From the NCBI GenBank assembly GCA_040389905.1, contig JAZJZK010000001.1, positions 1-47,385 on the forward strand: a stretch of 47,385 bases of DNA, in the 5' to 3' direction. How positions within the stretch are numbered: position 1 is the stretch's first letter; each line of letters begins with the position of its first letter. The notes beneath the pieces were generated by a model. The model made no database searches. It was not told the DNA's origin and saw only the letters and a list, made by a program, of their open reading frames with translations. This DNA is from Gemmatimonadota bacterium (lineage in GTDB: Bacteria > Gemmatimonadota > Gemmatimonadetes > Gemmatimonadales > Gemmatimonadaceae). Shown in pieces: positions 19,808 through 29,719 of the stretch. The translations under genes and the position numbers were made by a program.

Positions 19808-19897
19808 TGTCACCCCGAGCGAACGAAGCGAGTCGAGGGGCCCGCACCACAAACCCAGACTGACCGTGCAGATCCCTCGACTTCGCTCGGGATGACA
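19808..19897. repeat. REP-like palindromic element, family A
   Basis: TGTCACCCCGAGCGAA...GTCGAGGGG / TCCCTCGACTTCGCTCGGGATGACA arms between convergent genes; second copy at 1-80. Confidence 0.85.
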
Positions 19898-19922
19898 TCC
19901 CAACGCAGTCGCACAGGGCCAG

Positions 19923-20576
19923 CTAGAACGAAAACCGCAGTCCGGCACTCAGCGTGTAGTTGTGCGTCGTCTCACCATTGAAGTCGAACGACGTCGCATC
20001 CTGGAAGTTGAACTTCCCGATATAGTCCTTCGCCATCAACCGCAGGCCAACGCCACGCCCAATCGCGACGTCGGCGCCGACACCGATGTTCCCAGCCAGA
20101 TTCGTCGCGGACGTCGATACCAGGGACTGCGTGATGTCGTAGTGCATCGCGCCGACGCCCCCTTGGACGAATGGCGCGAAGGTGTAGCCGTACGCATTCG
20201 TCATCGGGATGTCGAGCTGTAACCCCGCGTCGTACAACACCATCGAGCTGTGCGCGACGTCGATGCCGCCGATGAACGGAACACCGATCCGGATGTCGCT
20301 CGTCGACGCCGCAAGGTTGCCGATCATCGAGAGGTTTGGTGCGATCTTCATCCCCAGTTGCGCACCAAACACCGGAGCCGGCGCATTCTTCAGCGAGGTG
20401 CCGAGTGGTCCGGACAGGAAGTCCCCGAAAACCATGTACCCCGCGTACGGCGTGATTTCGAACAGCGTACTGGTTGTCGCCGCCACCGGGCGACCGGCTC
20501 GGCGCTGAGCGCTGCTGGATTGCGATACGACGGCGAGGGAAATCAGGGCGAGTGAGGCGAGTTTCGAGATGCGCAT
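19923..20576 (-). CDS. Small outer-membrane beta-barrel protein
   Basis: 217 aa; signal peptide, amphipathic strands (FEITPYAGY, APFVQGGVGAMHY), C-terminal beta signal AGLRFSF; GGAG RBS. Confidence 0.85.
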   Translation of the reverse strand: MRISKLASLALISLAVVSQSSSAQRRAGRPVAATTSTLFEITPYAGYMVFGDFLSGPLGTSLKNAPAPVFGAQLGMKIAPNLSMIGNLAASTSDIRIGVPFIGGIDVAHSSMVLYDAGLQLDIPMTNAYGYTFAPFVQGGVGAMHYDITQSLVSTSATNLAGNIGVGADVAIGRGVGLRLMAKDYIGKFNFQDATSFDFNGETTHNYTLSAGLRFSF

Positions 20577-20804
20577 GTGATGCTCCAGGTATTCGCCGCG
20601 AGGAAGGGGCGCGGTCGTGTACCTGCAAGGCATTCCCGGGACCAACGGTCGGAGCACGACGGCGAAGCACTCTAACTCTTCGCTGCATCACATCTTAGCT
20701 CGAACGCACACGAGCCCCGCGGCAACGCGATCGTCCTCCGGGGTGGACGCTTCTCCGTCCTCTCGCAGTGTCGCCGTCTTCCGTCAAGCGAGCGAGCCAC
20801 GCTC

Positions 20805-23800
20805 TTAAAAGCGCCACTCCCTGAAGATGAATGCCCCCAACTGTGAACCAGACGACGCCGTCTGACCCGCGAGCGTGGGTGGATCCAGGAAATACCGCGG
20901 CCCGAAGTTGGCGTCGAACCGATAGCCCTTCGCCGTCCGATGCGAGATCGTCACACCCGGAATCGTGCACGAGCTGTTCTTCGACCGGCAGGTACCGAAC
21001 GCGAATACCCCGGGGGTCACGATCAGGCTGGCAAAGGTCCGCGGATTGAGATACCGGCCCGCTTCGACTTCCGTCCCCTTGAGGAACTGATCGAAACCAC
21101 CCTGCCCAGCGGAAATCGGAATATCGCCAGGCGTGATGTTGAACACGTCCACGCCGAGCGACCGCGCCGCGCTGCCCTTGATCTCGTCGAGTGCCACGCC
21201 GAGCGCGACACCCGCGAGCCGCGTTCCGGCCACACTCAGGAGGTTCCCGCTTTGCCCGCCGGTGACCGACGTCGAATTGAACTGTAAGAGCGACGTCGAT
21301 CGCTCACCGAACGCCAGATAGCTCAGGAGATCACTCTGCGAGAGCGGCGGCTGCGCATCACTCTCGAGTGAGATGCGCGGGTTCTCCACGGTTCCACCGA
21401 TGAGGACCCGAATATTCGTCGCCGTCCCCGTCGCTTGCTTCACCTGGTATTCCGCGGTGATCTGCAGCGTGGGGTTCAGGTCGGGTGTACCGATGAACAA
21501 CGCCGACCCGCGCTTGATCTGGAAGCGCTTGCTCAGGAACGTATACTCGCCGCGATCCGCGTCGACCGAACCGAGCAACGTCAGCGCGTCGCCAACGACA
21601 GTCAGTTGCATCGGACCATCCGTGAAGATCTCGACGTTCGCGTCACGAGAACGAACCCACGTGTTTCGCTCGACGGAGAAATCCACCTCCATGCGCAGGT
21701 TCTTGAACATCGGCGATCGCGCAGGGAAGAGATCGCGATTCATCTTGATCGCGGTATCGACGACGCTGAAGAGCGACGGATCGCCTGCTCCGATGACCTT
21801 CTTTCCACGCGACTCGGGGATGTAGAGCACGCCGTGCAGCACCGTGACGGTACCCGTCGCATGCGGCGCGACCACCGACCCCGTCAGGTGCAGCTCCGCG
21901 TCGGCGTGAATGTCACCACTTTCATTGTTGAGGAGTTGCGCGTCCTGCGCGTTCAGCGCGAGATCGAACGCCGGCTCGCGCCAGTCCCCGACAGCCACCG
22001 TGCCCGAGATGTGCACCGGTCCGCCCGCGATGCCCGCGATAGAATCCACGAACACACTGTCGCCCGTCATGCGCACTCGGCCGTTCAGGTGCTCGAGGAA
22101 CGCACCCGTGGCCGCGAGTTTGAACTGCACTTCGCTCAGCGTGAGGTCGCCGTTGAGGACCGGCTTCTTCAAGGTGCCCCCGACCTTCACGTTGCCGATG
22201 GCCTTGCCACCGATGTCCGTGACGGCGGCAGTGAACTGCGGAATGAGGCCGAGCGGAAGGCTGTCAGATCCGAGCGTCACGTTGAGTGGCAGGTCGAGGA
22301 GACGCGATCCCGTCACCCCTGACAGACGGAGATCGATCGGGATCGTTCCGTTGATGCTCGCGAGTTGCTTACCCGTGCTGTCGACCGCTGCCGCGTTGGT
22401 GGTCAGCTCCTTGTTGGCGTACGCGAACGTGCCGTGCACTTCAGGCACTGGCTTCAGGTCGTAGGTTCCCTTGACGAAGTCGATCTTCCCCGCGACGCGC
22501 GGATCGTCTGAGCTTCCCGACACGTGCGCATCGAGGCTGAACCGCCCGGTGACGGGGAGATCGCTTTGGAGCAATTCGGCAACGTTCTCGACGGCGAAAT
22601 CCTTGATCTCGAGATCGAAGTTCGCAGTGCCCTTGGTCGGCAGGAGACCGTTGGCGTAGATGCGGCGCGTCGGCCCATTCAGCAGCTCGAGATTGAGCAC
22701 CTCGACGCCACTGGGGCCGAAACGAATCGTCGAGGGATGTGACGACGTCCAGCTCGTCGTGTCGAAGCGCAGCGCGACCTCGGCGAGACGCAATTCGTTT
22801 CGTACCGTGTCGACCGCGAAGTCACCCGAGAGCGTGTAGTCCCGCTGCGAACCCTGCCGAACACGCAGCTCGAGGTTGCCGTTCGGTGCCGTGTACGCGA
22901 GGGCACCGGCTAAACTGTCGAACGCAAAGCCAAACGCGCTCACGCTGTCGGCGAGCAGCTTGACGCCAACCTTGCCGCTCACCGATGGCGCATCGAGCCA
23001 GTTGTATGTCGCGGTGAAATGGCGCGCGGCATTTCCCATGAGGACGATTCCCGTCCCCTTCGCCGTTCCATCGAGCGAGAACTTGTCGAGGTTTCCGGTT
23101 ATCGTACCCGTGGCCGTGAGCGACCCGGCGAGCAGATTCTTCGGAATCGCGGTTGGCGTATCCGTCGGAACCTTGAGTGTCACCGGCGGCAGGTTCGCCA
23201 TCGCCCGCGTGACCTCGGTGGCCTTCGCCACCCGTGCCGAGTCCGCACGCGCACGCATGATCGCTTCGAACGCGACGCGGGGCCGCGGCTTCATCACGGT
23301 GGTATCGGGCTTCGATGCTCCGGGGATAAAGCGCGCGAACGTCGCAAGCGAGTCGAGCTGCACGTTGTAGGTCAGCGCGCCCGTAAAGGTCGAATCGAGG
23401 CCGAACTGACCGAGCACGTCGACCTTCGCCCCTGATCCACGCAACGTGGCGCGCTCTACGTTCGCGAGACCATTCGCGAGATGAGCCCGGATGGACAGGG
23501 AGTCCACCGGAATCGTATCGATCGTTGACGCACCGAAGTCGAAGGCCAAATCCGCCGTCATGGTCGCCGGAATGAATCCCCGTCCCGATGCATGACCACC
23601 ACCGGTAAACGACGTCCTCGGTCCGAACAGCATCACCCAACTGAGGTCGAGTCGCTTTGTGTCGATGGCGACGTCGTACCCGAGTTCCTTGGAGAGGAAG
23701 TCGACCGTACCGTTGAGCGCGAATTCTCCGCCGCCCGGCAACTGGAGCCGCGTGTCCACGTTCGACGCATCGATTGGCCCGTGCGCGTGCACCGGTCCCG

Positions 23801-25415
23801 TCGCCAGGCCCTTGAGCTTCAGCTTCGGCGCAAACTTCGTTATTTCCGCGAGCGCCAGTGGCCGTGCATCGACATCGAGGTCGAGCGTCTGCTGCCCTGT
23901 GGTGTGCACCGACGCGGTGCCGACCGCGTGCGAGATGTTTTCGCCATCCTGATGGACGATGTCGAGTGCAGTGACGTGCAGTTGCGTGGCGCCGCTTCCA
24001 TTCAATGTGCCGACCCCTCGCAACGTTCCGCCGATGGGCAGCAAGGGAAAGAGCAGTTTGACGATGTCGATCTGCAGCGGCTCCAAGCGAACATGAAGAT
24101 TCTGCGCGCTGACAACGACTTTTTTCGTGCCCTGGAAGCCGACGACGCCATCGGCGATGACTCGGCTCGTTCCCCGATTGTACGCGGCGAACGTAATGTC
24201 CGTGCCGGCGAGTTTCATACGCTTGAACGTGCCGCTGAACTGCGCCCGCCCCGACAGGACGCCCTGTCGGGGCGCCTTGACTCCAGGATCGAGTGACTCG
24301 ATCTGCTTCGTCGTCACGCCGCTGAAACGCACATTCGCGTCGTGGAAGAACACCGTGTCGGCGATGGTCACGCCGATGTCACCAAGCAAATGCGCCGACC
24401 CGGTCCGAAGGTCGGCGTCGCGCACGATGTAGTCCTGGGTCGCGCCCTTCCAGTCGACGCGGAGCGCCAGGTTCCCGCTGCCTTCGGTGGGAAAGTGCGG
24501 GTACAGCCAATGAAAATCCGCGAACGTTGCCGGCGCGACCGCGAGTGTCAATCGCATGTCACCGCTATTCAGGTTGTAGACGCCGTCGCCCTTCATCGCG
24601 GACTTCGGCATCCGCGCGGCCGCGCCTTTCCACCAGAGTGAGTCGTCGTTGAAGTCGAAGTTGCCCGTCAGCGCCGTGATCCGCGCCGCGGGCGGCCGGA
24701 AGGGAAAGGCCCGCATCGCCAGCGCGGCGACTTCCATGTGCCTGTTCTTGAACACGGGATCCGCCCACCGGAGCAACGGGACCTTCGCATTCACATTTTC
24801 GAGCGTGACGACCTTCTGATAGCCGCCTTTGACGGCCGCGATATACAAACGTGATCCAGCGCCGAGTGCGTCCTTGATGATACTGTCGCGTACGCGCGCG
24901 GAGACGCCGGTGCGCGGCGCCCACGGTGAGCGCACCGTGACGTGTCCGTCGACGATCGTGGCGTTCGTCAACTTGACCCAATCGCCCCAGCCGTGCGTCG
25001 TGTCACCCGGCGCACGACGCGGCGGTACTGGCCAGAGAATGCGATAGTTCCACGGTCCATTCGGCAGCCGAGCGATGACGACGTCGGGCCGGTAGACGAC
25101 GACGTCACTGAACTCGAGCCGCGATGAAAAGAAGCTGCGAATCACATAGCGGAGCGAGATCGAGTCTGCCTTGAGGAAGGAATTGCCGGCGCTATCGGCA
25201 ATCGAAACGCGAACGGCCGTGGCTCCGTTCAGCAGATTGCCGCGCAGGGCATCGATCTTCACGATCCCATGTGTCTGCCGCTGCAGAATACCGAGTACGT
25301 AGCGACGCGACCGCTCTCGTCCGAAATCCGTGTTCGACATGACCCAGATGGCCACGACCCCGAGGATCGCGACGACGCTGAGCACGACGAGCAGGCGGAA
25401 GAGTCGGCGCAGCAT
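20805..25415 (-). CDS. tamB: Translocation/assembly module TamB-like protein
   Basis: About 1536 aa; N-terminal TM anchor, extended beta repeats, C-terminal GTVENPRISLESDAQPPLSQSDLLSYLAFG, ends EWRF; TGATG coupling to the Omp85 gene. Confidence 0.85.
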   Translation of the reverse strand: MLRRLFRLLVVLSVVAILGVVAIWVMSNTDFGRERSRRYVLGILQRQTHGIVKIDALRGNLLNGATAVRVSIADSAGNSFLKADSISLRYVIRSFFSSRLEFSDVVVYRPDVVIARLPNGPWNYRILWPVPPRRAPGDTTHGWGDWVKLTNATIVDGHVTVRSPWAPRTGVSARVRDSIIKDALGAGSRLYIAAVKGGYQKVVTLENVNAKVPLLRWADPVFKNRHMEVAALAMRAFPFRPPAARITALTGNFDFNDDSLWWKGAAARMPKSAMKGDGVYNLNSGDMRLTLAVAPATFADFHWLYPHFPTEGSGNLALRVDWKGATQDYIVRDADLRTGSAHLLGDIGVTIADTVFFHDANVRFSGVTTKQIESLDPGVKAPRQGVLSGRAQFSGTFKRMKLAGTDITFAAYNRGTSRVIADGVVGFQGTKKVVVSAQNLHVRLEPLQIDIVKLLFPLLPIGGTLRGVGTLNGSGATQLHVTALDIVHQDGENISHAVGTASVHTTGQQTLDLDVDARPLALAEITKFAPKLKLKGLATGPVHAHGPIDASNVDTRLQLPGGGEFALNGTVDFLSKELGYDVAIDTKRLDLSWVMLFGPRTSFTGGGHASGRGFIPATMTADLAFDFGASTIDTIPVDSLSIRAHLANGLANVERATLRGSGAKVDVLGQFGLDSTFTGALTYNVQLDSLATFARFIPGASKPDTTVMKPRPRVAFEAIMRARADSARVAKATEVTRAMANLPPVTLKVPTDTPTAIPKNLLAGSLTATGTITGNLDKFSLDGTAKGTGIVLMGNAARHFTATYNWLDAPSVSGKVGVKLLADSVSAFGFAFDSLAGALAYTAPNGNLELRVRQGSQRDYTLSGDFAVDTVRNELRLAEVALRFDTTSWTSSHPSTIRFGPSGVEVLNLELLNGPTRRIYANGLLPTKGTANFDLEIKDFAVENVAELLQSDLPVTGRFSLDAHVSGSSDDPRVAGKIDFVKGTYDLKPVPEVHGTFAYANKELTTNAAAVDSTGKQLASINGTIPIDLRLSGVTGSRLLDLPLNVTLGSDSLPLGLIPQFTAAVTDIGGKAIGNVKVGGTLKKPVLNGDLTLSEVQFKLAATGAFLEHLNGRVRMTGDSVFVDSIAGIAGGPVHISGTVAVGDWREPAFDLALNAQDAQLLNNESGDIHADAELHLTGSVVAPHATGTVTVLHGVLYIPESRGKKVIGAGDPSLFSVVDTAIKMNRDLFPARSPMFKNLRMEVDFSVERNTWVRSRDANVEIFTDGPMQLTVVGDALTLLGSVDADRGEYTFLSKRFQIKRGSALFIGTPDLNPTLQITAEYQVKQATGTATNIRVLIGGTVENPRISLESDAQPPLSQSDLLSYLAFGERSTSLLQFNSTSVTGGQSGNLLSVAGTRLAGVALGVALDEIKGSAARSLGVDVFNITPGDIPISAGQGGFDQFLKGTEVEAGRYLNPRTFASLIVTPGVFAFGTCRSKNSSCTIPGVTISHRTAKGYRFDANFGPRYFLDPPTLAGQTASSGSQLGAFIFREWRF

Positions 25416-27709
25416 CAATAGGCCTGGCCGATCGAGAGATGCAGCGTGAAGCGATTCAGGATCGCTCCAATGCCCGTTGCCGTCCCCACCGCCGAAAGCC
25501 GCTTCGGCGTCTTGAGGGCGATGATCTCCGCCTTGCCGTTTCGCGAGAGTTCCGTAACGACGGCGAGTTCTTCCTCCCGGCTCGGATTGAAGCCCACGTC
25601 GATACGGATCGGACCGACCGACGAGTAGTAGCGAATCCCGAACCCCGGCGTGATTGCACCTGTTCCGTGTACGAGCGCCGCCAACGTCTGTTGCGGATTC
25701 ACGCCGAGCGGATCGAGCACGCGCTCGCCGACCGCGGCGCCGTCGAGGAAAACGGCACCACCGAGATCCTTGAGGAAGGGGAGTGGAAAGCGGTATTCGA
25801 CGCTGGCCTCGATCAGCGACGTGCCTCCCGTTGGCCGCGCCGTGAACTTGTCGTCGCCGACCTTTTCGGCGGTCGCGGAGTCCGTGATGAAGTTCGGATC
25901 GCAGAGACGGATCGCATCGGATGATGCGTCGCAGGGCAGGCCGTCCGCGGTCTTCGAATGCAGGAGGTAGGCTCTCGGCAACGTCAGAATCCGCGGGCCG
26001 AGTTGATTCTCACCATAGCCACGCACGGATTGCGAGCCACCGGCGTAGAAGCGTTTCCGCGGATGAAGAACCGCCGCACCGGTTGGACCACCCCCCGCTG
26101 CCGGACGCGCGAAGCCGATACGCAGGTGCGAGGCGAGCACGCCAGTCTTGGCGCCCATCCGTGCGTACAGCGTCCCTTCGGCGTATGCGCGGTTGTAGCG
26201 ATAGTCGGAGGCGGTCACACGCGATGCGTGCTCGAGCTCGACGCGCGCGGTGTAGCCGCGCATGGGTGAGAGTGGCTGGTCGGAGCGATCGATCTGCCCC
26301 TGAAGCAGCAACGGCGAAAGACTCTGGTGCGAGCGCAGCGCTCCAATTGCCGTCGTGTCGCACACGCCGAAGTTCACGCAGAAGTAGGGGCCACCGGCCT
26401 CGACACGCGTCAACTCGTAGCGATACGACAAGCTGGCGGGTGCCCGCAATGTGAGCGTTCGCGTGTAGGTGAGGTTTCCACCGAAACCACGATCGATGAC
26501 CACGGCGGGAACCGAGCGTCGTTGCGCGAATGCGCCAACGGACAACGCGTTTTTCGGCTGCTGAAGAAATGCTGCCTGCTTCAACTCGATGCTCGTCTGA
26601 TAATTCGGCTGGAGAAAGACGCCCGCATCGCCGGTGATGGACGTATCCTGGCTCACGCTGCGGAAGGGGCGCGTGCCGTTCAGCGAACTCGCACCCAGAT
26701 TCCCAACGGTCGCGGAGACATCGAGCCGGCGCGCACCGCCGAACAGGTTGTAGTGCGTGAAGCGCCCTTCCGCTTGAAGGAAATCCACGGAGTTGAAGCC
26801 GCCGCCAATGCGCGCTTCGTGGACGGGTGCCTCACGGACGACGACGGCGACCGCCTTGACGCTGTCGAATGTCGTCGGCACATCGAGTGCCGCCATCTTG
26901 AACAGGTTGGATTCGTACAGGTTCCGCTGGCTCTCGAGTACCGCGCTGCGCTTGTAGAGATCACCGGAGCGGAAGCTCAACGAGTTGAGCACCGTTTTCT
27001 CGCCAACCTGTTCCGTCCCCACGATCGCGATCTCACCGACGGTGGCCAGCCGGTTCGCGATGATGCGAACCTGAACCTGCGCCGTATGATGCTCCGCATC
27101 CACCACGGATGACGTGTCGACGAGTGCGTCGGCGTAGCCCTGTTCCCACAGCTCGTTCTGGAACTGTATGCGCGTGGAGTCCAGCTCGAACAGGTCGAGC
27201 GGCTTGCCGACCAGCACCTGATTGAGTTGCCGGATCTTTTTCGCCGAGAGGAGCGTCGAGTCCGCGACGATCTGGACGTCCGTGACAATCGTCGGCGGTC
27301 CCTCGACGATGGTGAAGCGAACGGCGACCTGATCGTCGTTGACTTGCGTGACGGCGGTATCGACCTGGGCTTCGCGGTAGCCTTCGCGAAAGTAAAAGAC
27401 CCGGATGCGCAGGACGTCGCGTTTGAACTCCTGGCGGTTGAGGTAGTGTCGTTCCTCGAACCCGCGATAGTTGGTAAACTTGCACAACGGCGTCAGCACG
27501 AGCGTGCGGCACCGCGACGGCTCGGTGTAGATACTCGCCTGAAGTTCGGGCAACTCGATTGCCTTCGTGGCGCCTGCGAACACGACGGACACGACTTCCG
27601 GCGTCGGGTTGATGTCCCGGTGCGGGGTCTGTGCGACGAGGGAAGGCGCAGGAAAGGCGCTCCCGATCAGGAGGAGCGCCCATCGTCCGAGACAGCGAGT
27701 CAAGTGCAT
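25415..27709 (-). CDS. tamA: Omp85 family outer-membrane protein (TamA/BamA-like)
   Basis: POTRA repeats (FYFREGY, IVEGPP, LWEQGY), RFYAGGSQSVRGY, GFGIRYYSSVGPIRID, HLSIGQAY; start placed at ATG 27709. Confidence 0.85.
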   Translation of the reverse strand: MHLTRCLGRWALLLIGSAFPAPSLVAQTPHRDINPTPEVVSVVFAGATKAIELPELQASIYTEPSRCRTLVLTPLCKFTNYRGFEERHYLNRQEFKRDVLRIRVFYFREGYREAQVDTAVTQVNDDQVAVRFTIVEGPPTIVTDVQIVADSTLLSAKKIRQLNQVLVGKPLDLFELDSTRIQFQNELWEQGYADALVDTSSVVDAEHHTAQVQVRIIANRLATVGEIAIVGTEQVGEKTVLNSLSFRSGDLYKRSAVLESQRNLYESNLFKMAALDVPTTFDSVKAVAVVVREAPVHEARIGGGFNSVDFLQAEGRFTHYNLFGGARRLDVSATVGNLGASSLNGTRPFRSVSQDTSITGDAGVFLQPNYQTSIELKQAAFLQQPKNALSVGAFAQRRSVPAVVIDRGFGGNLTYTRTLTLRAPASLSYRYELTRVEAGGPYFCVNFGVCDTTAIGALRSHQSLSPLLLQGQIDRSDQPLSPMRGYTARVELEHASRVTASDYRYNRAYAEGTLYARMGAKTGVLASHLRIGFARPAAGGGPTGAAVLHPRKRFYAGGSQSVRGYGENQLGPRILTLPRAYLLHSKTADGLPCDASSDAIRLCDPNFITDSATAEKVGDDKFTARPTGGTSLIEASVEYRFPLPFLKDLGGAVFLDGAAVGERVLDPLGVNPQQTLAALVHGTGAITPGFGIRYYSSVGPIRIDVGFNPSREEELAVVTELSRNGKAEIIALKTPKRLSAVGTATGIGAILNRFTLHLSIGQAY

Positions 27710-27756
27710 GGCGGGCCTATCTATAGCAAAGGATGGGCCCGGGCAATCGGCGGTCG

Positions 27757-29325
27757 CTACAGCCCCGACAGAAGTGTGTCGTTGTTCGGGGTATTCGCGA
27801 TGCGCTTGATCAGCCACTCCATCCCTGATTGGGGCGGCATCTGCCCCAATCCGCGACGGAGCGTGTACACGTGATCCAACTGGTCAGGGCGGAACAGCTT
27901 CTCCTCCCGCCGAGTCCCGCTGGTGGCAATGTCGATGGCTGGGTAGATGCGCTTTTCCGCCAGTGAGCGGTCGAGCTTGATCTCGCAGTTGCCGGTGCCC
28001 TTGAACTCCTCGAAGATGATGTCATCCATTCGCGATCCCGTCTCCACGAGTGCCGTCGCGATGATCGTGAGCGAGCCGCCGCCAGACGTCGCCGCAACGG
28101 ACCGCGCCGAGCCGAAAAACGCCTTGGGCTTCGCCATGGCCTGCGCGTCGAGGCCGCCAGACATCGTGCGTCCCGTGCCCCGTTCTGCGGTGTTGTGCGC
28201 GCGCGCCATGCGCGTAAGCGAATCGAGGACGATGACGACATCCTTGCCCGTCTCCACAAGCCGGCGCGCACGCTCGAGCACCATTTCCGTGACTTCGACG
28301 TGACGTGCCGCGGGCTGATCGAAGCTCGAGGCAATCACCTCGCCGACGCCCCATGAAATCGCTTCACTGACTTCCTCAGGCCGTTCGTCCACCAGGAGGA
28401 TCAGCAGACTCGCTTCCGGATGATTGAGCGCGATCCCCTCCGTGATGGCGTGCAGCAGCGTCGTCTTGCCGGCGCGAGCCGGCGCGACGATCAACGCACG
28501 CTGGCCGTAGCCGATGGGCGCAATGAGATCGATCGCGCGCCGAATGAGTTCCGCGCCGGCCTTTGCCGGACGTCCTGTTTCGAGAAAGAGCTTTCGCTCA
28601 GGGTACGTCGCGATGAGGGTGTTGAACTCGGATCGGCGAACCGACTCGGATGGATCCGCGTTGTTGATCGACGTGATATCGATCAGGGCCGTGCGGCCGC
28701 GCTGGTCTCGGCCCGTGGTGCCGCGAATTTCGTCGCTCTTTCGCAGGGCATGCTGCCTGACGAGGTGCGGCGGGACATACGCATCGCCCGTATCGGCGAG
28801 ATAGCTCGCCTGCGCTCGGCGCACGAAGCCGCCGTCGCGGGCCGGATCGAACCAACCTGTGGTTTCGCCTGTCGGGACCAGTGCAACTGGTGCAGGGGGA
28901 GGTCCGCCTTGCGGACGTTCGCCAGGCGGTCCGCCTTGCCCCGGCTCGCGGCGTCCTCGCCCGCGATTGCGACGGCCGCGCCGTCCATTCTGTGAATGCT
29001 GATCCCGGGGGTGGCGATGTCCGCCAGCGGGATGCCCTTCTGGTCGTGGGGAGTCACCGGCCGCGGGGGTAGCGGGGCTCGCCTCGATGGTGCTGGAGGC
29101 GCTGTCCGCGACAGCGGATGCTCGCTCCGGCTCAGGCTCTGGCGGGGGCGAGAGTCGTTCGGCGACTGGTGCTGGGGGGGGAGGGGCCTCTCGCTCGACC
29201 GCCGGGGCGATGGTGTCGGCGGTGCTGTCGCGGTATGGATTCTCCTCACCGCCGTTATCGACGGGAGCCTTCTTGGACGGGCGGGTTGCCCGGCCGCGAC
29301 GTGGAGGACGCCGGCTTTCGGTCAT
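27757..29325 (-). CDS. rho: Transcription termination factor Rho with long disordered N-terminal extension
   Basis: PIGYGQRALIVAPARAGKT, LLVDERPEEV, LDSLTRMARA, FEEFKGTGN, SGTRREEKL. Confidence 0.95.
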   Translation of the reverse strand: MTESRRPPRRGRATRPSKKAPVDNGGEENPYRDSTADTIAPAVEREAPPPPAPVAERLSPPPEPEPERASAVADSASSTIEASPATPAAGDSPRPEGHPAGGHRHPRDQHSQNGRRGRRNRGRGRREPGQGGPPGERPQGGPPPAPVALVPTGETTGWFDPARDGGFVRRAQASYLADTGDAYVPPHLVRQHALRKSDEIRGTTGRDQRGRTALIDITSINNADPSESVRRSEFNTLIATYPERKLFLETGRPAKAGAELIRRAIDLIAPIGYGQRALIVAPARAGKTTLLHAITEGIALNHPEASLLILLVDERPEEVSEAISWGVGEVIASSFDQPAARHVEVTEMVLERARRLVETGKDVVIVLDSLTRMARAHNTAERGTGRTMSGGLDAQAMAKPKAFFGSARSVAATSGGGSLTIIATALVETGSRMDDIIFEEFKGTGNCEIKLDRSLAEKRIYPAIDIATSGTRREEKLFRPDQLDHVYTLRRGLGQMPPQSGMEWLIKRIANTPNNDTLLSGL

Positions 29326-29719
29326 GCAGCTATTTCGTTCAGGGTGAATGCTCGCGGGTCACACCGAGGGCGTGCCCGCGTACAACTGGAGCGGTCGTGC
29401 GGTCGCGTCATTTGGTACTCGTGTCACATGGAAATCCCGTGTGGCCCGTGCCACTCGGATGACGTATGTGACTGAATGGTGCGACGCGAGTTTGGTGCTG
29501 TGCCTCGTACGTCTGCCGGCGCGGAACTCACACGCGGGGCCAGACTAAGGATCCTACAGGGGCGGCGCTGCTTCGCCTCGTGCAGTCGTCACCGTTGACG
29601 AAGCACTGGGATTGCCGCGGGACAATGCTCGACAGGTCGGATGCGAAACGCAATCGGACCGCCGGACGCATCGAGTATGGGCATGGGGGTCGATTCGCGC
29701 AAGGGGGGCGAGAAACAGC

